Shown here: positions 41,429 to 46,343 of the stretch, in pieces
Layout: each line of letters begins with the position of its first letter
How positions within the stretch are numbered: the stretch's first letter is position 1
Assembly: GCA_001774395.1 (NCBI GenBank)
Contig: MEZX01000002.1
Location: 226,753-273,095 of the forward strand
Source of the DNA: Candidatus Berkelbacteria bacterium RIFCSPLOWO2_01_FULL_50_28
Lineage (GTDB): Bacteria; Patescibacteriota; UBA1384; 2-12-FULL-50-11
Direction of reading: 5' to 3'
DNA length: 46,343 bases
Notes under the pieces: generated by a model
What the model saw: the letters and a program-made list of their open reading frames with translations, nothing else
The model's database searches: none
Told to the model about the DNA's origin: nothing
Translations under genes and position numbers: made by a program

Positions 41429-42634
41429 CTAGAAGTTCTGCACTAGACCGTAAATTGGACCCAGAACCGAAGCGACGACAAAGCCCACTCCCAATCCCAT
41501 CACAATCATCAGAACCGGCTCAAGCAAGGCGGTAAGGTTGGTGGACATGGTGTCGACTTCTTTGTCGTAGAATTTGGCGACCTCCAGCAGCACCGTTTCG
41601 AGGTTGCCCGATTCTTCACCGAGGCTTGTGAGCTGGCTTACCATCGGGGGGAAAAGGGGCTCTCGTTCGATGGCAACGGATAGCGGGTGACCGGACTCGA
41701 CCGCGCGTTCGATTCGGGTAAAAGCTTCGTCGTAGTGAACGTTATCAACGGTTTTACGGATGATTTTGATCGCCTCGAGGATAGGCAGGCTAGCCTTGGT
41801 AAGCATCGCCAAAGTTCGGGCGAACCGAGCGATGTAAAGCTTTTTTGTCAGAGATCCAAAAATCGGTAAGCGAATTTTGAGTTTATCGTAAATTCGTCCG
41901 CCCGATTTAGTACCGAACCATATGTGCAGAGCGTAAATGATGGCGATCATCCCCGGGAAGACGATATACCAATACTTTCGGGTGATGTCGCTGGTGCCAA
42001 CGAGAATCCTGGTGGTGATTGGCAGCGAGCCTCCAACGTCAGCAAAAATCGTTTTCAAACTGGGAATAACAAACACCACAATCAGTATTACCACCCCGAA
42101 AAGCGCGACCATAATGACGGCCGGGTAGATCATTGCACCTTTGATACGACTGATAAGATCGGCTTCCTTTTCCTGCTGATCGGCCAAAGTGAGCAGAACT
42201 TCCGAGAGCTGTCCGGTTGACTCGCCGGCTTTGATAACGGCCAAGTACACTTCGGCGAATACTTTGGGGTATTTGAGCATCGCCTGAGAGAGCGTCTTGC
42301 CGCCTTTTACTTGAGTGCCGATATCTTCTAGCACCCGCCGAAAATACTCACTATCGCTCTGTTTTTTGAGGGCCTGTAGAGCGTTCAGCAACGGCAACCC
42401 AGCCTTAATCATTACTGACAGCTGACGGGTGAAGATAATTTTTTCTTTCAGGCTGACCTTGTTACGGTGGATACTGAGTTTCCATCGCACTCCTGATGCA
42501 GTGATCTTAGTCGGCACTAAACTGGATTGGCGTAGCTTAACGTTGGCTTCACCGACGTTCTCGGCCTCAATTAGGCCGGTGCGTTTTGTTCGGGTGGCCT
42601 GTTCGTAAGCGGTGTAACGAAAACTTGTCATCAC
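41429..42634 (-). CDS. pilC: type IV pilus platform protein (GspF/PilC family)
   Basis: Two T2SSF repeats ('FTRQLSVMIKAGLPLLNAL' and 'FARTLAMLTKASLPILEAI') and 3 TM segments. Confidence 0.9.
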   Translation of the reverse strand: MMTSFRYTAYEQATRTKRTGLIEAENVGEANVKLRQSSLVPTKITASGVRWKLSIHRNKVSLKEKIIFTRQLSVMIKAGLPLLNALQALKKQSDSEYFRRVLEDIGTQVKGGKTLSQAMLKYPKVFAEVYLAVIKAGESTGQLSEVLLTLADQQEKEADLISRIKGAMIYPAVIMVALFGVVILIVVFVIPSLKTIFADVGGSLPITTRILVGTSDITRKYWYIVFPGMIAIIYALHIWFGTKSGGRIYDKLKIRLPIFGSLTKKLYIARFARTLAMLTKASLPILEAIKIIRKTVDNVHYDEAFTRIERAVESGHPLSVAIEREPLFPPMVSQLTSLGEESGNLETVLLEVAKFYDKEVDTMSTNLTALLEPVLMIVMGLGVGFVVASVLGPIYGLVQNF

Positions 42635-42800
42635 TTTAAATAATCATCAAAGATTCAAATCACCGAATAACCAAAAAAGATTCAAATTATTTAATGACCG
42701 AATACCCAAACTCTCAACTTTGGTAATTTGGTGATTATGTAATTCTTTGGTCATTTGAAGATTCGATATTTGATGATTTGGTTATTTGGTTCTTATTCTG
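42635..42800. repeat. roughly 160-bp imperfect palindrome between pilB and pilC, built from the same repeat words as the four-helix-bundle flanks
   Basis: The dyad is centred near 42711-42718 (CTCTCAAC). CCAAA/TTTGG pairs at the centre, then runs of 7, 4 and 6 pairs separated by single mismatches. The left arm carries AATCACCGAATAACCAAA-type words and the right arm carries TTTGGTGATT / TGATGATTTGGTTATT. Confidence 0.55.
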
Positions 42801-44693
42801 TTAGTCTCTTGTCACTCGCCAGATTTCTTCCATAGTGGTCAGTCCGGCAATGGCTTTGAGGATGCCGTCTTGTTTCATCGTAATTAGTCCCTCTTTCTGG
42901 GCTTGGGCCAAGATATCAGAGGATGAAGATCGTTTGATGGTTAGTTGCTTGACCAGCTCGCTCATGCCTAAAATTTCATAGATCGCCAGCCGGCCCTTGT
43001 AGCCCGAGTTACCACAAGCTTCGCAGCCAGTTCCTTTGTAGAACTTTAGTTTCCCCTTGGTGTCCGATCTCTCTGGATCGGGCATGGTCTCAACCTCTTT
43101 TTCAATTGTCGATAAAACCTCGGCGTCAAACTTGGTTTCTTGACGGCACTTATCGCAAATCTTTCGACACAAGCGTTGAGCGACGATGGCGTTAACTGAG
43201 GAAGTTATCAAGAACGGTTCAACTCCCATATCGAGAAGGCGAGGAATGGCGCCCGATGCGTCGTTGGTGTGAAGCGTCGATAGAACGATATGGCCCGTTA
43301 AGGCGGCGTTAATGGCGATATCGGCCGTTTCGCGGTCGCGAATCTCACCAACCATCACCACGTCAGGATCTTGACGAAGAATTGAGCGTAACCCCGAGGC
43401 AAAGGTGAAATCGATTTTGGAATTAACCTGGCTCTGGTTAACGCCGGGCATTCGGTATTCAACCGGATCTTCCATCGTGATGATGTTAATGGCGACGTCC
43501 TTTATTTTGGTGATGATGGCGTAGAGCGTTGTCGACTTTCCCGAACCAGTCGGCCCAGTTACGAGGATCATCCCGTGGGCTTTCTTAATGTTATCTTCAA
43601 GCACTTTGAGCGATCGGCCGACGACGTTAATCTCCTCGAGCTTCATAACGCCCTTCGAGTGATCAAGCACCCGGGCAACGACCTTTTCACCGTTGACAGT
43701 TGGCAGCGTCGAGATCCGAAAATCGACTTTATTGCTGTCTAGCAGGATCTGGATGCGGCCGTCTTGCGGTAGGCGAGTTTCGTCAATCTTCAAGTTTGCC
43801 AAAATCTTTACTCTTGAAATCAAGGCCGGCTGAATCTGTTTGGGTAAACTCAATACTTTGCGCAGGACGCCGTCGACGCGGAAGCGGACCATAACTTCTT
43901 CCTCTGATGGTTCGATGTGAATGTCGGAAGCTTTTTCGCGCACCGCTCGTTTGAGAAGCGTGGCAACAATTTTTGCGGCTGGCGAAGCTTCCGTAATCTC
44001 TTCGCTGTCGGCTTTTTCGTCCTCGTCATCCACCGTTTCCAGCTCCTCGTCCGCCGACGAGTCGACTAGCTGTTTTAGTTCAGCTTGTAGCGTCGAGTAC
44101 TGCTCAAATATATGGTTCAGATCGTCTTGGGTGGTGAGATAGGCTTTAATAATTTTGTTGCCGCCAGATTTGCGGATGGCGTTAAAAGCCTCCTCGTTTT
44201 CCGGGTCGGTCATCGCGACGTATAAAGTTTTGTCTTTTAGGGCAAACGGTACGGCCAGGTATTTTCGGGCAATTTTCTCTGGTATAAGCGCGAGGATGTT
44301 TTTAGGTATGACCTTGTCTTTCAAATCGATAAAGTCGATGTCGGACTTCCCAGAGGTAAGGCGACTGGTGCGAAACTCTACCTCAACGGTGTCGGGTCCT
44401 TTGTCGGTACTCGGCCGGGATTTCTCTTGCAGCTTAGTGTCAATGACAAAATCGGGAATGGTGGAAGCGCCCAACGTTACCGTTTGGTGTTTGCCGCCAA
44501 AGTTGGTCTGTAATTTGCGCTCGGGCAGACGTAGTAGCTTGAATTCGCCGAAATGGTCGATCTTGACGTGATCGCCCTCCGCTAGCGATGAGCCGATAAT
44601 ATCGGTTAGTCCTTTCAAGTAAGCCCGTGACTTGAAGCCTGGAAAACCAGTATGTTCGCCTATTGCCTTAAGTATGTCGTTAGTAACGGCCAA
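42801..44693 (-). CDS. pilB: type IV pilus extension ATPase (GspE/PilB family) with an N-terminal HU/IHF-like domain
   Basis: Walker A 'GPTGSGKST'. Tetracysteine 'CRKICDKC ... CEACGNSG'. T2SSE_N-like 'IARKYLAVPFALKDKTLYVAMTDP'. The first ~90 aa align by eye to HU. TTG start with AGGAGG upstream. Confidence 0.9.
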   Translation of the reverse strand: MAVTNDILKAIGEHTGFPGFKSRAYLKGLTDIIGSSLAEGDHVKIDHFGEFKLLRLPERKLQTNFGGKHQTVTLGASTIPDFVIDTKLQEKSRPSTDKGPDTVEVEFRTSRLTSGKSDIDFIDLKDKVIPKNILALIPEKIARKYLAVPFALKDKTLYVAMTDPENEEAFNAIRKSGGNKIIKAYLTTQDDLNHIFEQYSTLQAELKQLVDSSADEELETVDDEDEKADSEEITEASPAAKIVATLLKRAVREKASDIHIEPSEEEVMVRFRVDGVLRKVLSLPKQIQPALISRVKILANLKIDETRLPQDGRIQILLDSNKVDFRISTLPTVNGEKVVARVLDHSKGVMKLEEINVVGRSLKVLEDNIKKAHGMILVTGPTGSGKSTTLYAIITKIKDVAINIITMEDPVEYRMPGVNQSQVNSKIDFTFASGLRSILRQDPDVVMVGEIRDRETADIAINAALTGHIVLSTLHTNDASGAIPRLLDMGVEPFLITSSVNAIVAQRLCRKICDKCRQETKFDAEVLSTIEKEVETMPDPERSDTKGKLKFYKGTGCEACGNSGYKGRLAIYEILGMSELVKQLTIKRSSSSDILAQAQKEGLITMKQDGILKAIAGLTTMEEIWRVTRD

Positions 44694-44834
44694 AACCCCT
44701 CCTTGTAACTATCTTAGCAGATGAACGAACATATTTGCGAAGGGATGGTGTCTTTAATTTTGGCCCAAATTTTGACAGTATCTAGAAGCCATGTCTTCCT
44801 TATATACGTTGCCCGCAAAGGTAGCACCAGTAGA

Positions 44835-46274
44835 ATGAGCTCACTCTATCGTCGCTACCGACCGAGTAGTTTTGGAGAGGTTTTAGGGCAGTCACATGTC
44901 ACGGTGGCTTTAGAGGCGGCTTTGAAAACCGATCGATTGAGCCACGCCTATTTATTTTCAGGTCCGAGAGGAACGGGCAAGACAACCACGGCGCGTCTGT
45001 TGGCAAAAGCGGCAAACTGTTTAGCAAAAAAAAGTCGGCCCTGTAATAGTTGTGCTAACTGTAAGCTAATTAACGCCTCTTCCTCGGTGGACATTATCGA
45101 AATAGACGCCGCCTCAAACCGCGGTATCGACGAGATTCGCGATTTGCGCGAAAAGATTCTTTTTGCCCCAACAGCGCTGCCGTATAAGGTTTACATTATC
45201 GACGAGGTTCACATGCTCACCAAGGAGGCGTTCAATGCTCTGCTTAAAACCCTCGAGGAGCCGCCCGCTCACGCGATTTTTATCCTTGCTACAACTGAAC
45301 TGCATCGCGTGCCCGAAACTGTGATCTCGCGTTGCCAGCGTTACCAATTTCACCGCGCCACAGATTCGGCAATCGGGCAGGTCTTACGGACAGTCGGCCA
45401 GGCAGAGAAGATTGCTCTGTCAGATGACGTGGTAAGTCTGTTGGCTCGTCACGCGGACGGCTCTTTTCGTGACGCCTTAACCGTCTTGGGCAACATCGCA
45501 ACGCTCGGCGGTAGCTTGGATGAAGCGGCAGTTCGTCAGGCTATCGGCTTACCTTCGCAAGGGCTTTCGGCGGATCTGTTGGGGCTGCTACTTGGCGGAC
45601 AGAGCCAGGCGTTATTGGAGAAACTGCGTACTCATCTTGGTGAGGGAGGAAATTTAGCGGTGGTGCTGCGCGATGTAACTGACGAGTGCGAGACAAGGCT
45701 ATTTACCGCGGGAGCGGCGAGTGACCCAAGCCTGCTGAGAGTGTTTGAAGCACTACTAGAGACTGCCGCCCGGCTTCGCCACGCTCCCAATCCAGATGCT
45801 CTAATTTTGGCCAAGTTTCTTTCCTTGAGTGCCAGCTTCACTCTTTCGCGAGTAACCAAGCAACCGGTGGTGGATCATATTCAAAAAGTCGAAGTGACTA
45901 AAGACGAAACGGCCGCCGTAGACGCCCTCAGTGAGCCAACAAGCAGCCAGAGCCCGCCCAGCGGAGACTTTTGGGGCTCATTTCTAGAAGCGGTGAAGCA
46001 ACGCAACCACGCGCTTTACGCCATCTGTCGCTCGGCTCTTTTTGAGCAGGTAACAGAGGATAAATTCACAATCGCCGTTAAATTTCGGTTTTATTTAGAG
46101 CGTCTATTTGAGAAGAAAAATCGTCAGACTCTCGAACAGATTGCTACCGCACTTGTTGGGCGTCCGATGAGGTTGGAGTGTGAGGTGAAAGCAGACTTAA
46201 AACTGCCGACGAATAAAGGAGAAGATATTTTAGGCGCCGTTGTTGACGTATTTGAGCTAGAGGAGGTAGGGTGA
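44835..46274 (+). CDS. dnaX: DNA polymerase III subunit gamma/tau
   Basis: 'LYRRYRPSSFGEVLGQSHV', Walker A 'GPRGTGKTT', zinc module 'CNSCANC', 'IIDEVHMLT' and 'SRCQRYQF'. The ORF opens at 44721, but ATG 44835 matches the conserved N-terminus. Confidence 0.9.
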   Translation: MSSLYRRYRPSSFGEVLGQSHVTVALEAALKTDRLSHAYLFSGPRGTGKTTTARLLAKAANCLAKKSRPCNSCANCKLINASSSVDIIEIDAASNRGIDEIRDLREKILFAPTALPYKVYIIDEVHMLTKEAFNALLKTLEEPPAHAIFILATTELHRVPETVISRCQRYQFHRATDSAIGQVLRTVGQAEKIALSDDVVSLLARHADGSFRDALTVLGNIATLGGSLDEAAVRQAIGLPSQGLSADLLGLLLGGQSQALLEKLRTHLGEGGNLAVVLRDVTDECETRLFTAGAASDPSLLRVFEALLETAARLRHAPNPDALILAKFLSLSASFTLSRVTKQPVVDHIQKVEVTKDETAAVDALSEPTSSQSPPSGDFWGSFLEAVKQRNHALYAICRSALFEQVTEDKFTIAVKFRFYLERLFEKKNRQTLEQIATALVGRPMRLECEVKADLKLPTNKGEDILGAVVDVFELEEVG

Positions 46275-46343
46275 TGGTCGGGCGGCGATCATTATTTTCC
46301 GATACGCGGTCACGATCTTCCAGCGAGATCGCGCCGCTCGCGT
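46274..46343 (+). CDS. 5' fragment of an unidentified ORF running off the window
   Basis: The ATG overlaps the dnaX TGA (ATGA), and AGGAGG lies 8 nt upstream. Only 23 codons are visible and no motif is seen. Confidence 0.25.
   Translation, partial: MVGRRSLFSDTRSRSSSEIAPLA

Noticed and set aside
44694-44834. Possible SRP (4.5S/scRNA) gene upstream of dnaX, as in Bacillus
   Set aside because: I read both strands and found no conserved domain IV motifs and no long helix. The region is more likely the divergent pilB/dnaX promoter region.
45025-45036. A8 run in dnaX (GCAAAAAAAAGT) as a possible gamma/tau frameshift site
   Set aside because: It lies at about codon 65, inside the ATPase domain. 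A programmed frameshift that yields gamma occurs after domain III, so this is just Lys-Lys codons.
1-46343. CRISPR arrays, tRNA/rRNA genes, transposases and integrases
   Set aside because: I scanned the intergenic regions and the ORF translations. I saw no regularly spaced direct repeats, no cloverleaf-like sequences, and no DDE, tyrosine- or serine-recombinase motifs.

Overview
This 46.3-kb window looks like it comes from a small-genome bacterium. Gene content suggests a CPR/Patescibacteria-type, Saccharibacteria-like organism, but that is inference, not proof. The supporting content is a type IV pilus operon with very large pseudopilins, a free-standing four-helix-bundle '23S IVS protein' gene, scavenging hydrolases and few biosynthetic genes.

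Layout:
- 1-5.2 kb: a hypothetical gene, then hisS and ileS.
- 5.3-15.8 kb: amino-acid and peptide catabolism (pentein hydrolase, M20 and M14 hydrolases, Asp/Glu racemase, enolase-superfamily dipeptide epimerase, GNAT, arginine deiminase, argS, LOR/SDH-like protein).
- 15.9-21.3 kb: wall-active and accessory genes at intermediate GC (secreted M48+CHAP fusion, MA-clan peptidase, GNAT, LD-carboxypeptidase, two P-loop kinases).
- 21.4-26.8 kb: a sharply AT-rich island carrying a tight four-gene operon of unassignable function (NDT-like protein, PLP decarboxylase, TIM-barrel/nucleotidyltransferase fusion, 698-aa double kinase-like protein).
- 27.0-30.8 kb: THUMP methyltransferase, small zincin-like protein, PaaX-like regulator and an alpha-oxoamine synthase.
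- 30.9-34.9 kb: histidine kinase, receiver-only response regulator and murA.
- 35.0-44.7 kb: four-helix-bundle gene and a minus-strand type IV pilus operon (pilB, pilC, pilM, pilN, pilO and three pilin-like genes).
- 44.8-46.3 kb: dnaX.

I recognised no tRNA, rRNA, CRISPR array, transposase or integrase.

Most interesting observations:
- The AT-rich operon.
- A 138-bp in-frame element with perfect 13-bp terminal inverted repeats inside ileS.
- IVS-like long inverted repeats bracketing the four-helix-bundle gene, with a related cargo-less palindrome between pilB and pilC.
- An HU/IHF-like domain fused to the PilB ATPase.
- Two scattered pathway sets: murein-peptide salvage, and arginine to proline.

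All family assignments come from motifs read by eye. No database search was run.
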